The notes: generated by a model from the sequence alone, not told the origin. 62,089 nucleotides of DNA from Pedosphaera sp. (GCA_031414955.1 JANOQV010000045.1:1-62089); one strand, 5' to 3'; positions 19,068 through 31,061 are shown, counted from the first letter of the stretch. Made by a program: numbers and translations.

Positions 19068-20417
19068 ATGAGCACCATCACCATCGCCCCCGCTCCGACA
19101 CCGACCGCACCTCCGATGCAGAAGGAGACGACCGCCGGCAGCTACTTCATCTCGAACTATCCGCCGTTCTCGTTCTGGAAGCCGGAGTTCATCCCGCAGT
19201 TCAAGGACGCGCTGGAGCGCCCGCCGCAGCCGGGCCACGACCTCGGCCTTTACACGCACATTCCCTTCTGCCGGAAGCGCTGCCACTTTTGCTACTTCAA
19301 GGTCTATACGGACAAGGACTCGGCGGCGATTCGCGGCTACCTCGACGCGCTGTTGAAGGATCTCGCCGCCTACGCCGCCAAGCCCGTCATCGGCGGGCGC
19401 AAACCGCGCTTCATCTACTTCGGCGGCGGCACGCCGAGCTATTTGTCCGAGAGCCAGCTCAAGTTTTTGAGCGAGAGCATGAAGCAGTTGCTGCCCTGGG
19501 ATGCCGCGGAGGAAATCACCTTCGAGGCCGAGCCGGGCACACTCACGGACCACAAGCTCCAGGCCATTCGCGACATGGGCGTGACGCGCCTGAGCCTGGG
19601 CATCGAGCACTTCGACGATCACATCCTGGAGATCAACGGCCGCGCGCATCGCTCGAAGGAAGTCATGCGCGCCTACAATTACGCGCGGGAAATTGGCTTC
19701 CCGCAAATCAACATCGACCTCATCGCCGGAATGGTCGAGGAGACGGAAGAAAAGTGGTGCGAGACCGTGGCCAAGGCCGTGGCGCTCCAGCCCGACTCGG
19801 TGACGATTTACCAGATGGAGGTGCCCTACAACACCGGCATCTATCAGCAGATGAAACGTGACGGGAAACTCGTCGCGCCGGTCGCGGACTGGGACATCAA
19901 GCGCCGCTGGGTCAACTACGCCTACAACGAATTCGAGAAGGTCGGTTACACCGTGACCAGCGCGACGACCGTGGTGCGCGATCCGGCGAAGGTGCGTTTC
20001 GTTTATCGCGAAGGACTTTTCTCCAGTGCGGACATTCTCTCCATCGGCGTGGCCAGCTTCGGGCGGCTGAACGGCGTGCATTACCAGAACCAGCACGAGT
20101 TCGATCCGTATCTCGCCGCCGTGAACAAAGGCGAGCTGCCCGTCTATCGCGCCCATGTGCCAACGGAGGACGAGCGGCTCATCCGGGAGTTCATCCTGCA
20201 CTTCAAGCTCGGCCAGAACAGCGCAAGCCACTTCCAGAAAAAGTTCGGCGTGAATGTGCTGGAGCGTTTCGCTGCGCCGCTGCAACGGCTCAAGGACTGG
20301 GGCTTCCTGACCGTCGAAGGCGATGAGTTGAAACTAAACCGTGAGGCGCTGCTCGAAGTGGACCGGCTCCTGCACGAGTTTTTCCTGCCGGAGCATCTGA
20401 CCAACCGGACGACGTAG
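19068..20417 (+). CDS. HemN-like (class C) radical SAM protein
   Basis: LYTHIPFCRKRCHFC, YFGGGTPS, RLSLGIEHF, INIDLIAG. Confidence 0.88.
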   Translation: MSTITIAPAPTPTAPPMQKETTAGSYFISNYPPFSFWKPEFIPQFKDALERPPQPGHDLGLYTHIPFCRKRCHFCYFKVYTDKDSAAIRGYLDALLKDLAAYAAKPVIGGRKPRFIYFGGGTPSYLSESQLKFLSESMKQLLPWDAAEEITFEAEPGTLTDHKLQAIRDMGVTRLSLGIEHFDDHILEINGRAHRSKEVMRAYNYAREIGFPQINIDLIAGMVEETEEKWCETVAKAVALQPDSVTIYQMEVPYNTGIYQQMKRDGKLVAPVADWDIKRRWVNYAYNEFEKVGYTVTSATTVVRDPAKVRFVYREGLFSSADILSIGVASFGRLNGVHYQNQHEFDPYLAAVNKGELPVYRAHVPTEDERLIREFILHFKLGQNSASHFQKKFGVNVLERFAAPLQRLKDWGFLTVEGDELKLNREALLEVDRLLHEFFLPEHLTNRTT

Positions 20418-20424
20418 AATCGGA

Positions 20425-21012
20425 ATGACACCTGCATCAGACAGCAAGATCCGCCCGGCCTCCGCCGCGCTGCCGTTCGCCTACCCGCTCGACGAGTTTT
20501 ACGCCCTGGCGAACCGCGCGCTGCCGCCCATCGAGCAGGTGCCGGGCGACGCCGTGCCAGAGCCGTATCGGCAGTTGCTCGTGCATCAGAACGACATGAC
20601 GCCGACGCTGGAGAAATTCCACGCCGACCGCGTTCACTTGAAAGTGATCAGCCGGCAGACGCGCGGGGACTTTTATTTCCGCGAGGTGGTGCTGTTCACG
20701 GAGAGGTCGAAGGCACCGGTCGAGTTTGGCGCGATCAAGATCAACCTTGATCTCTTCCCGGCGGCGGCGCGGCGGCACATTCTGGAGGAGAAGGAACCGC
20801 TCGGCACCATCCTGGGCCAGGACCACATCGGGCATTCCAGCCGGCCCAAGGCTTATCTTCGGCTGGAGCCGGACGCCTTCATGCGCGAGGCACTGGGGCT
20901 GGGCGCGGGCCAGATGATCCTCTTCGGCCGGCGCAACACATTGTTTGATCCGCAGCAACGACCGCTGGCGGAGATCGTGGAGATTCTGCCGCCGCAGAAG
21001 GACGAGATTTGA
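20425..21012 (+). CDS. Chorismate pyruvate-lyase (UbiC)/DUF98-like fold protein
   Basis: LLVH..DMT..LE, REVVL, PLGTIL, FGRR......PLAEIVEILP resemble the UbiC fold. Confidence 0.55.
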   Translation: MTPASDSKIRPASAALPFAYPLDEFYALANRALPPIEQVPGDAVPEPYRQLLVHQNDMTPTLEKFHADRVHLKVISRQTRGDFYFREVVLFTERSKAPVEFGAIKINLDLFPAAARRHILEEKEPLGTILGQDHIGHSSRPKAYLRLEPDAFMREALGLGAGQMILFGRRNTLFDPQQRPLAEIVEILPPQKDEI

Positions 21013-22307
21013 AAACGAACCATTCCATCGACGTAATCATCATCGGTGCGGGGCCGGCGGGTTCCAGCGCGGCGGCGATGCTCGCCGGGCAGGGCCATCG
21101 CGTGCTGGTGCTGGAACGTGAACATTTCCCGCGCTACCACGTCGGCGAGTCGCTGATTCCCTTTTGCTACGGGCCGATGGAGCGGCTCGGACTGATTCCG
21201 CAGATGAAGGCTTCCTGCTTTCAGAAGAAGTTCAGCGTGCAGTTTGTGGCTCCGAACGGCAAGGCCAGCCAGCCGTTCTACTTCTTCAATCGCTATGACC
21301 GCGAGACCATCGCCTCGACCTGGCAGGTGTTGCGCAGCGAGTTCGATCAGATGCTCATGGAGCACGCGCGCGGCAAAGGAGCCACGGTGCTGGAAGGCGT
21401 GTCGGTCCTGTCGCTGCTCCGCGAGGGCGCGCGCGTCATCGGCGTCCGCGCGCGCGGCGAGGATGGCGTGGAGTGCGAGTATCACGCGCCCATCACGCTC
21501 GATTGCACGGGCAAGGAGAGCTTCACCGCCGTGCGCAACGGGTGGCGCATGAGAGACCCTTACCTCAACAAGGTCGCCGTCTGGACTTACTACCAAGGCT
21601 CGAAGCGCGAGGCGGGCGTCGACGAGGGCCAGACTACAGTGGCGATGATTCCGGAGAAGGGCTGGTTCTGGCACATCCCGCAGCACAACGACAGGGTGAG
21701 CGTGGGTGTGGTGGCCGAGGGCAAATATCTTTCGCGAGACGGGGTGCGCGATCCGAAGACCATTTTTCACCGCGAAGTGGAGGAGAATGTCTGGATCAAG
21801 GATCACCTCAGCACCGGCCGGCAGGTGGGTGACTACTTCATCACCAGCGAATACTCATTCCACTCGCGGCATTGCGGCGGCGAAGGGTTGCTGCTGGTGG
21901 GCGACGCGTTCTGTTTTCTCGATCCGGTGTTCAGCAGCGGCCTGATGCTCGCGCTCAAGAGCGGCGTGATGGCGGCGGACGCCGTGCATGAGGCCATTGT
22001 CGCCCGCGACTTCTCCCCCGCGCGTTTTGCACCCTATGCGACCGCCCTGCGCCAGGGCATCGAGAACATGCGCAAGCTGGTCTATGCCTTCTACGATCCA
22101 GAATTTTCCTTCGCCAAAGTGATCGAACGCCATCCGCACTTGAAGGACGACATCACCGACTGCCTGAGCGGCGACGTGAACAAGGATTTCAGCAAACTCT
22201 GGAATGCGGTTCGTGAATTCGCCCCGCTGCCCGACGATCTGCCGGTGGGCCAGCCACTGGCCCGGTCGGAAGCGCAAGCCGGCCCTGTCTGCAGCGGCGT
22301 CTCGTAA
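21009..22307 (+). CDS. FAD-dependent oxidoreductase, halogenase/geranylgeranyl-reductase superfamily
   Basis: GAGPAG, FPRYHVGESL, GWFWHIP, VGDAFCFLDPVFSSG. TTG start. Confidence 0.85.
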   Translation: MKTNHSIDVIIIGAGPAGSSAAAMLAGQGHRVLVLEREHFPRYHVGESLIPFCYGPMERLGLIPQMKASCFQKKFSVQFVAPNGKASQPFYFFNRYDRETIASTWQVLRSEFDQMLMEHARGKGATVLEGVSVLSLLREGARVIGVRARGEDGVECEYHAPITLDCTGKESFTAVRNGWRMRDPYLNKVAVWTYYQGSKREAGVDEGQTTVAMIPEKGWFWHIPQHNDRVSVGVVAEGKYLSRDGVRDPKTIFHREVEENVWIKDHLSTGRQVGDYFITSEYSFHSRHCGGEGLLLVGDAFCFLDPVFSSGLMLALKSGVMAADAVHEAIVARDFSPARFAPYATALRQGIENMRKLVYAFYDPEFSFAKVIERHPHLKDDITDCLSGDVNKDFSKLWNAVREFAPLPDDLPVGQPLARSEAQAGPVCSGVS

Positions 22308-22314
22308 GCAGCCA

Positions 22315-24087
22315 CTACGATATTCTCAGCCACACCGTCTTCAAATACGCCGGCTCGGCGCGGCTGATGGGGAAGTCGGGCGGCTGCGGGACATAATGCC
22401 GCTGGAGAATTTTGCGTCCTGAATTCGTCACGGATTCCTCAATCATCACCAGGAATCTTTCCGGTTCCAGTCTCGCCGCGTTCGTTGACGCGAAAAGCAC
22501 TCCTCCGGGCTTCAGCGCCGGCAAGGCGGCGGCGACCAATTGGCCGTAATCTTTTTCGGCCTGCCAGGTGCCGCTTTCCTTCGACCGTGAGAATGTAGGC
22601 GGGTCAAGAATGATGGCGTCGAACGCCCGGCCCTTCTTGGCCAGCCGCCGCAGCCAATCGAAGGCGTCGCCATAAATGAAATTATGCTGCGCCGGGTCGA
22701 GTTCGTTCAGGGCGAAGTTGCGCTGGCCCCACTGCAGATATTTCTTCGACAAGTCGAGGCTGGTGACGCGCGCCCCGGCCTTCGCCGCCGCCACGGAAAA
22801 GCCGCAGGTGTAGGCGAAGGTGTTGAGGACTTCGGGTTGGAGCGCCGAGCATTGCTCGGCCTGGTGGCTAGGCGTGCCAGATCGAGCCGAGCGATGCTCG
22901 GCGCTCCATTCCCCAAAATCCGCCGCGACGTGGTTCATGAGCAGCCGTCGCCGGTTGTCGCGCTGATCGAGGAACAGCCCCACCGAGTAGCCCTCGCTGA
23001 AACTCATCTCAAAGTTCAATCCGTTCTCACGGATGTTAAACCGCTCCGGCGCGGCTTCGCCGAGGAGAAGTCGCGGCGATGCGTCGGCCCGGTCGGCCCC
23101 GCGCAGGTTACGGCTGAGTGTCTTGTGGTAAACGCCGCGTGCCTGGTGCGCTCGTGCCAGCGCTGCGCAAAGTTCACGCTCCGCCGCGTTTAGTTCACCC
23201 GCGCTTTGCCCGAGCAGGAAGTCGCCGAGTTTCTCGACCTGCAATCCCGGCCAGCCATCGCTCGCTCCGTGGATGGCGCGCCACGCATCGGTCAGCGCCG
23301 GATCGATGATGGCGGTGCGCAACGCATCTGGAGCGTGGATCGCTGAGTCCGCGCGAACCTGGCCGTCCGCGCTCCAGTCACACGGCGCGGTGAAGGTCAC
23401 CGCCTCCCCGCTCGCCGGATGTTTCAACGTCAACTCCGCCGCGTGCAGAAACACTCGCGCCGCCGGCGTGCCGCCATAGAGCAAATCGCCGAGAATTGGG
23501 AACCCATGCTCCGCCGCGTGAACGCGAATCTGGTGCGTGCGCCCCGTGACGGGTTCGGCCTCGACGAGCGTATGCCCCCCCGCGGAGGTCAGCACGCGAA
23601 AGCGCGTTTCAGCGCGTTCCCCGGCCGCCACCAACGGGCGGCTCACGTAATTCTCACCCGCCCGCACCAGCGTAGACACCGCCGTGAGTGACGTCTTTGC
23701 CACCGAGCGATCGGTCAGGAGGAGATACTTCTTGTGGGCGTCCCGCGCGGTGAACTGCTCCGTGAGTGACTTGTTGGCCAGCGTCGTTTTGCCGAAGACC
23801 AGCACGCCGCTCGTCTCCTTGTCGAGGCGGTGGATGATGGCGAGTTTCGCCCAGCGCGGTTCGCGGTGCCGCAGCCAGTCATAGACGCCTTCGCCGGCAA
23901 ATGGCGCGGGCGCGTGCGTGTTCCAGCCCGCGGGTTTGTTCACCACGAGCAGATGTTCGTCTTCCCAGAGAATCAACGCCCGGAGGGTAATGAAGAGTCG
24001 TGCCTGTTGCGAATCAATCGGAACGCCGAGCATTGCTCGGCTTGAAGTTTGGTCGTCAGCCGGGCCGAGCGATGCTCGGCGTTCCAC
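22315..24087 (-). CDS. Fusion of RluA-family pseudouridine synthase and RlmI/RlmK-like SAM methyltransferase
   Basis: HRLDKETSG and TGRTHQIRVH (RluA); GLFLDQRDNR, NTFAYTCGFS and ILDPPTF (RlmI/K). Start uncertain: GTG 24087 directly after the nuoN stop, or TTG 23976. Confidence 0.88.
   Translation of the reverse strand: MERRASLGPADDQTSSRAMLGVPIDSQQARLFITLRALILWEDEHLLVVNKPAGWNTHAPAPFAGEGVYDWLRHREPRWAKLAIIHRLDKETSGVLVFGKTTLANKSLTEQFTARDAHKKYLLLTDRSVAKTSLTAVSTLVRAGENYVSRPLVAAGERAETRFRVLTSAGGHTLVEAEPVTGRTHQIRVHAAEHGFPILGDLLYGGTPAARVFLHAAELTLKHPASGEAVTFTAPCDWSADGQVRADSAIHAPDALRTAIIDPALTDAWRAIHGASDGWPGLQVEKLGDFLLGQSAGELNAAERELCAALARAHQARGVYHKTLSRNLRGADRADASPRLLLGEAAPERFNIRENGLNFEMSFSEGYSVGLFLDQRDNRRRLLMNHVAADFGEWSAEHRSARSGTPSHQAEQCSALQPEVLNTFAYTCGFSVAAAKAGARVTSLDLSKKYLQWGQRNFALNELDPAQHNFIYGDAFDWLRRLAKKGRAFDAIILDPPTFSRSKESGTWQAEKDYGQLVAAALPALKPGGVLFASTNAARLEPERFLVMIEESVTNSGRKILQRHYVPQPPDFPISRAEPAYLKTVWLRIS
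22838..22908. repeat. REP-like palindrome, family A, copy 1 (inside CDS)
   Basis: TGGAGCGCCGAGCATTGCTCGGC...GCCGAGCGATGCTCGGCGCTCCA. Confidence 0.85.
24020..24085. repeat. REP-like palindrome, family A, copy 2
   Basis: GGAACGCCGAGCATTGCTCGGC...GCCGAGCGATGCTCGGCGTTCC. Confidence 0.85.
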
Positions 24088-25572
24088 TCAAAGCCCGGCG
24101 ACAGCCTGCGCGAGCGCGAACTTTTGCAGCAGCCAGTCGGGCGCGCAGCCCAGCAGCACGACCGCCGCCGCGAGAACGAGAATGGAAACCTGCACGGGCA
24201 AACTCACCTTCACCACTGCATTCGTCCCCTCTGTCCCATCGGCCACATAAATCTGCTTCAAGATTTGAAGGTAGTAGTAGAGCGAGACGGCGCTGGTCGC
24301 GATGGCGATGATGACCAGCCAGAGCAAGCCCAGCGAGCCGCCCGAACGTGCGGCGGCAGTGAAGACGTAGAACTTGCCGAAGAAGCCGGCCAGTGGCGGG
24401 ATGCCGGCGAGCGAGAGCACAAAAACCAACATGCAGAACGAGAGCACCGGCGATCGACGGCTGAGCCCGGCGAAGTCGCGCAGGCTTTCACCTCCGGTAG
24501 CATTTTCCACCACGCCCACTACGGCGAATGCGCCGAGTGCCGTCACGGAGTAGGTCACCACGTAGTAGAGCAGTGAACCGAAACCCTGTTGCGTGTTCGC
24601 GACCACGGCGAGCAGCGCGTAGCCGGCGTGGGCGATGGCGGAATAGGCCAGCAACCGCTTGACGCTGCTTTGGGCGATGGCGGCGATGTTACCCAGCACC
24701 ATCGAGATGATGGCGAGCATGGCGAGCAGCGATACCCAGCCCGGCGCACCGGCGCGCCACACGGCGCTGCCTTCGTTGCCGGCGAGGCCAATCATCATGA
24801 GGCGCGCGAGGACGAAGAAGCTGGCGACCTTTGATCCCGAGGCGATGAACGCAGCGACCGGCGTGGGCGCGCCCTGATAGGCGTCCGGTGCCCAAAGATG
24901 GAACGGCGCGGCGGCCACCTTGAAAGCAAACCCGATGGCTGTCATCACCAACGCCACGTAGAAGACCGGCTCCGGACTGCCGCCAAGTTTCGCCGCGATT
25001 CCGCCCAGCGTGATTTCGCCGCTGATTCCATAAAGCAGGCTCAAACCAAACAGCATGAACGCCGCCGCCATGCTGCCGAACAGGAAATATTTCAGCGCCG
25101 CCTCGGATGATTTCACGTCGCCCTTGTTGAAGGCCGTAAGCGCGTAGAGCGGCAGGCTGGTGAGTTCGAGCGCGACGAAGATGAGCAGCAGGTTGTCCGA
25201 ACTGACCAGCAGCATCATGCCCACCGTCGCGAGCAACAGCAGGGCGAAGTATTCGCCGATGTGCCTAGTGAACTTCGAGTCGATGGAGATCAGCGCCGTG
25301 ATAATGGTGAGCAGCAGGATGACCTGCTTGATGAAGGCGGCCGTGCGGCCGTAGCTCAACATGCCGTCGAGCAGGCGCACCGGCTGGGTTACACCTGTGG
25401 AGAGTGCGAAGGCCCCGAGACAGCCGAAGGTCAGCACGCCGACCGCCGCCATCCACCGCGTGCGGGTCGAAGTGCCGCGTGGCGCAAGCAAATCCACGGC
25501 GAGAACGAGCAGCGCCGTGATGACGACGACCGATTCGGCCTGAAGCGCGCGGAAAATCTCGGCGTAGTTCAT
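24088..25572 (-). CDS. nuoN: NADH-quinone oxidoreductase subunit N
   Basis: SSEAALKYF, FKVAAAPFHLWAPDAYQGAP, KRLLAYSAIAHAGY, SLAGIPPLAGFFGKF. Confidence 0.95.
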   Translation of the reverse strand: MNYAEIFRALQAESVVVITALLVLAVDLLAPRGTSTRTRWMAAVGVLTFGCLGAFALSTGVTQPVRLLDGMLSYGRTAAFIKQVILLLTIITALISIDSKFTRHIGEYFALLLLATVGMMLLVSSDNLLLIFVALELTSLPLYALTAFNKGDVKSSEAALKYFLFGSMAAAFMLFGLSLLYGISGEITLGGIAAKLGGSPEPVFYVALVMTAIGFAFKVAAAPFHLWAPDAYQGAPTPVAAFIASGSKVASFFVLARLMMIGLAGNEGSAVWRAGAPGWVSLLAMLAIISMVLGNIAAIAQSSVKRLLAYSAIAHAGYALLAVVANTQQGFGSLLYYVVTYSVTALGAFAVVGVVENATGGESLRDFAGLSRRSPVLSFCMLVFVLSLAGIPPLAGFFGKFYVFTAAARSGGSLGLLWLVIIAIATSAVSLYYYLQILKQIYVADGTEGTNAVVKVSLPVQVSILVLAAAVVLLGCAPDWLLQKFALAQAVAGL

Positions 25573-27047
25573 TGCCCCGCTCCTTTCAGGGGCGCCATGA
25601 GCGGCGTGTCAAAGCTCGGGATGATCAAATCAAGCAGCAGGCGCGGGTAGATGCCAATCAGCAGAGTGATGGCCAGCAGCATCACGGCACCGATGCGTTC
25701 AGGCAGCGTGATGGCCGCGAGCGTCTCGCCGTGATGAACGCCGCCCGCGGTTTCGCGCGCACCAAAGAACGCCTTCACCAGCACCCGCAGCGTGTAGGCC
25801 ACACCAATGACAATTCCCACTCCCGCCAGAGCGGCGTAGAGCGGGAAGGTTTTCCAAGCGCCGAGCAACACCTGAAGTTCCGCGACAAAGCCGCTGAAGC
25901 CGGGCAATCCCATCGAAGCCACACTCGCCAGCACGAAGGTCACCGCCGCGAACGGTAGGGCACGGGCCAGGCCCATGCCTTCCAGCGCGGTCAGTTCGCG
26001 CGTGTGCGCCCGGTCATAGACCATGCGTCCGACCACGGCGAAGAGCAGCCCGGCGATGATGCCGTGCGAGAACATTTGCAGCACCGCGCCGGACAGGCCC
26101 GTGACCGAGAGTGTCATCAGGCCGAGCAGCACGAAGCCCATGTGACTCACACTCGAGTAGCCGATGACGAACTTGAAATCCTTCTGCACCAGCGCCACGC
26201 CCGCTCCATAGACTATGCCGATGATGGCGAGAGCCGCCATCGTCTCGCGCCATGCGTCGAGGCCGTCGGGGAACAACGTCATCGCCACGCGCAGTGCGCC
26301 GTACGCGCCGAGTTTCATCACCACACCGGCGAGCAGCATCGATGCGGCGGTCGGCGCGGCCACGTGACCAGTCGGCGCCCAAGTGTGGAACGGCCACAGG
26401 CCCGCAAGGATGGCGAAGCCGATGAACACGAGCGGAAAAGCCCAGAGTTGGAAGGCGTGCGGCAGCGGCTGCGTCGCGAGCGCGAGCAAGTTGAAAGTCG
26501 GCACGGTCGCGATGGCGTAGGTGGCGATCAGGCCGATGAGCACCATCGCGCTGCCCACGAACGAGTAGAGCGCCAGCTTCATCGCGCCGTATTCCTTGTT
26601 GGTCGAGCCCCAGATGGCGATCAGAAAATACTTCGGGATGATGGCGATCTCGTAGAACACGAAGAGCAGGAACAGATCGAAGCTGAGAAACACGCCATAC
26701 ACGCCGCCGATGAGCGTGAGGTAGAGGGCGAAGAACTGGTTCACGCGTTTCTCGATGTTCCACGAGAAGAGCACGCCCGCCACGGCCGCGATGCCTGTCA
26801 GCAATACGAGCGTGAGGCTGATGCCATCTGCCGCGAGGAAGTAGCGCGCGTTGATGGCCGAGATCCACGGGATGTCCAAGATGGTCTGAAAAGCGCCGCG
26901 ATTCGTCCGCTCCAGCACACCCATCAACCCGACGCCCAGTCCCAGCAGCGACGCGAGCAGCGCCACGACGCGGGCCAGTGGCGCGCGTGGAACCAGCGCC
27001 ACGACCGCGGCCCCGAGGAAAGAGATGTAGATGGTCCAGGCGAGCAT
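25569..27047 (-). CDS. nuoM: NADH-quinone oxidoreductase subunit M (second copy)
   Basis: DGISL, FFVFYE-like motif FVFYEI, PFHTWAPTGHVAAP, LAGVVMKLGAYG, GLPGFSGFVAE. Confidence 0.9.
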   Translation of the reverse strand: MLAWTIYISFLGAAVVALVPRAPLARVVALLASLLGLGVGLMGVLERTNRGAFQTILDIPWISAINARYFLAADGISLTLVLLTGIAAVAGVLFSWNIEKRVNQFFALYLTLIGGVYGVFLSFDLFLLFVFYEIAIIPKYFLIAIWGSTNKEYGAMKLALYSFVGSAMVLIGLIATYAIATVPTFNLLALATQPLPHAFQLWAFPLVFIGFAILAGLWPFHTWAPTGHVAAPTAASMLLAGVVMKLGAYGALRVAMTLFPDGLDAWRETMAALAIIGIVYGAGVALVQKDFKFVIGYSSVSHMGFVLLGLMTLSVTGLSGAVLQMFSHGIIAGLLFAVVGRMVYDRAHTRELTALEGMGLARALPFAAVTFVLASVASMGLPGFSGFVAELQVLLGAWKTFPLYAALAGVGIVIGVAYTLRVLVKAFFGARETAGGVHHGETLAAITLPERIGAVMLLAITLLIGIYPRLLLDLIIPSFDTPLMAPLKGAGQ

Positions 27048-27048
27048 A

Positions 27049-28584
27049 TCAGAAGGTCAGCAGCATCTGCTTCACGGTCGGGTTCAGGACGGCGAGCACG
27101 AGGTGCGGAAAAATGCCCAGCACGAACATCGCGGCGATCATGGGCGCGACGGTCAGGCGCTCGGCGGTCGTCAGGTCCACCCAGGAGTGATTCGGCTTCA
27201 ATGGGCCGGTGAAGACGCGCTGGATGGTCGTAAGCAGGAAGACGGCGGTGGCGAGCAGGCCGAGCGTGGCCAGCGCCGTGGCCCACGCGCTGAGGGCGAA
27301 GGCGCCCTTGAAGATCAGGAACTCGCCCACGAAACCATTGAGGCCCGGCAGGCCGAGCGAGGAGAAGAGCGCGATGCCCATCAACCCGGCGAAGACCGGC
27401 GCGGCTTTGCGCAGTCCGCCGAAGTCGTCGAGTCCGCGCGCGCCGCCGTTGCGTTGTTCGAGGAAGCCGACGAAGCAGAACAGCGCGCTGGCGGTCAGGC
27501 CGTGGTTGAACATTTGCAGGATGACGCCGTTGAGCGCGGCGGCGCGGTCGTTGAACAAGCCGGCGTCGGAAGTCTTCAGCACCGCGAACAGCCCGAGCAT
27601 GCAGTAGCCCAAGTGGTTGATGGATGAGTAGGCGACGACGCGCTTGAGGTCCTTCTGTGCGAACGCGGCCCAGGCAGAGAACACGATGGTCGCGACAGCG
27701 AGCCAGAGCAGCGGGGTGAGCATGACGCGCAGCGGTTCGGGGAAAATCGGGAGCAGAATGCGGATGAATCCATACACCCCCATCTTGGACATCACGCCGG
27801 TCAGGACCATCGAGGTCGAGATTGGCGCCTCGGAGTAGGTGAGCGGCAGCCAGGTGTGGAAGGGAACGAGCGGGACTTTGACCGCGAAGCCGAGCAGAAC
27901 CCCGCCAGCGAGCAGGAGCATGAGTGTGTTCTGCGAGAGTCCGCTGACGGCGAGCTTCGTTCCGACGGCTGTGGCGAGTTCACCGCTGCGGGCCAGCTTG
28001 GCCAGTTCCATGAAGTCGAACGTGTTGGTGGCGAGGAACAACCCGACGAAGGCCAGCAACATCGCGATGCTGCCGACCATGGTGTAGATGAAGAACTGCA
28101 TCGCCGCCGCGCCGCGCTTCTCTCCACCCCAGAGTTTGATCAGGAAGAACGCGGGCACGAGGCTCAGTTCCCAGAAGATAAACCAGTGGAAAAAGTTCAA
28201 GGCCGTGAACGTGCCGAACAGTCCGGCTTGCAGGAACAGCATCAGCGCGAAGTAGAGCCGGTTCTGTTGAGCCGTCGGCGTGGCGATGATGGCGAAGGGC
28301 ACGACGATGGCTGAGAGTGCAATCATCAGGAGTCCGAGGCCATCGATGCCGAGGAAGTAATCCACGCCGAGCGAGGGAATCCAGGCGCGCGGTCCCTCGA
28401 CGAATTGGAGCGTGCCAGAGCTGCCATCGAAGTTGCGCCAGAGATAGGCGACAAGCAGGAGCGGCAGGAAGCTGAGGCCGATGGCGAGTTTGCGTGAGAG
28501 GCGGGCATCGGCGCGGCTGAGCAGCAGGAGCAAACCACCCGCAACGGGAAGCAAAGTCAGGATGGTGAGGAAGGCGGTGTTCAT
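27049..28584 (-). CDS. nuoM: NADH-quinone oxidoreductase subunit M (first copy)
   Basis: GIDGL, FIFWE, VKVPLVPFHTWLP, KMGVYG, GLPGLNGFVGEF. Start at ATG 28584. Confidence 0.92.
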   Translation of the reverse strand: MNTAFLTILTLLPVAGGLLLLLSRADARLSRKLAIGLSFLPLLLVAYLWRNFDGSSGTLQFVEGPRAWIPSLGVDYFLGIDGLGLLMIALSAIVVPFAIIATPTAQQNRLYFALMLFLQAGLFGTFTALNFFHWFIFWELSLVPAFFLIKLWGGEKRGAAAMQFFIYTMVGSIAMLLAFVGLFLATNTFDFMELAKLARSGELATAVGTKLAVSGLSQNTLMLLLAGGVLLGFAVKVPLVPFHTWLPLTYSEAPISTSMVLTGVMSKMGVYGFIRILLPIFPEPLRVMLTPLLWLAVATIVFSAWAAFAQKDLKRVVAYSSINHLGYCMLGLFAVLKTSDAGLFNDRAAALNGVILQMFNHGLTASALFCFVGFLEQRNGGARGLDDFGGLRKAAPVFAGLMGIALFSSLGLPGLNGFVGEFLIFKGAFALSAWATALATLGLLATAVFLLTTIQRVFTGPLKPNHSWVDLTTAERLTVAPMIAAMFVLGIFPHLVLAVLNPTVKQMLLTF

Positions 28585-28591
28585 GATTCCC

Positions 28592-28812
28592 CAATCCCAA
28601 AGGGATTGCATCGATTAGCCCAGGGTTGCGAGGCACGAGCTACCCTGGGAATCGAATTCATAAATGCCGCCAACCCTGAAAGGGTTGAATCCAATTGGCT
28701 GGAGAACGCCACGCGCTTCAACCCCTTCAGGGTTGAAAATGTTTTGCGGACCACACCCAGGGTAGCTCGTGCCTCGCAACCTTGGGCTGAGTGATGGAAC
28801 CCCGTTGGGGTT
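28592..28812. repeat. Long palindromic MITE/REP-like element
   Basis: 33-bp inverted repeat AGCCCAGGGTTGCGAGGCACGAGCTACCCTGGG (28617-28649) versus 28756-28788, plus four short CCC-n-GGG hairpins. Confidence 0.85.
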
Positions 28813-28820
28813 ACCAAAAT

Positions 28821-28888
28821 GGAGCGCCGAGCATCGCTCGGCTCGGACGGAATCGAAGCACTCAAAGTCGAGCAATGCTCGGCGCTCC
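28821..28888. repeat. REP-like palindrome, family A, copy 3
   Basis: GGAGCGCCGAGCATCGCTCG...CGAGCAATGCTCGGCGCTCC. Confidence 0.8.
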
Positions 28889-28918
28889 GAACTGCGGGCG
28901 ATGAATATCTTGTTGTTC

Positions 28919-31021
<2,103 letters not shown>

Positions 31022-31022
31022 C

Positions 31023-31061
31023 TCATCCTTTCAACCCGTCCATGTTCTGTAACCGTGTCGT
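31023..31061 (-). pseudogene. Degenerate duplicate of the nuoK 3' end immediately upstream of nuoL
   Basis: Encodes TTRLQNMDGLKG* versus the nuoK end TTQLQDVDKLKG* (31836-31874). Confidence 0.65.

Noticed and set aside
21009..22307. Firm call as a halogenase
   Set aside because: GxGxxG and WxWxIP are shared with non-halogenating reductases, so the call was kept at superfamily level.
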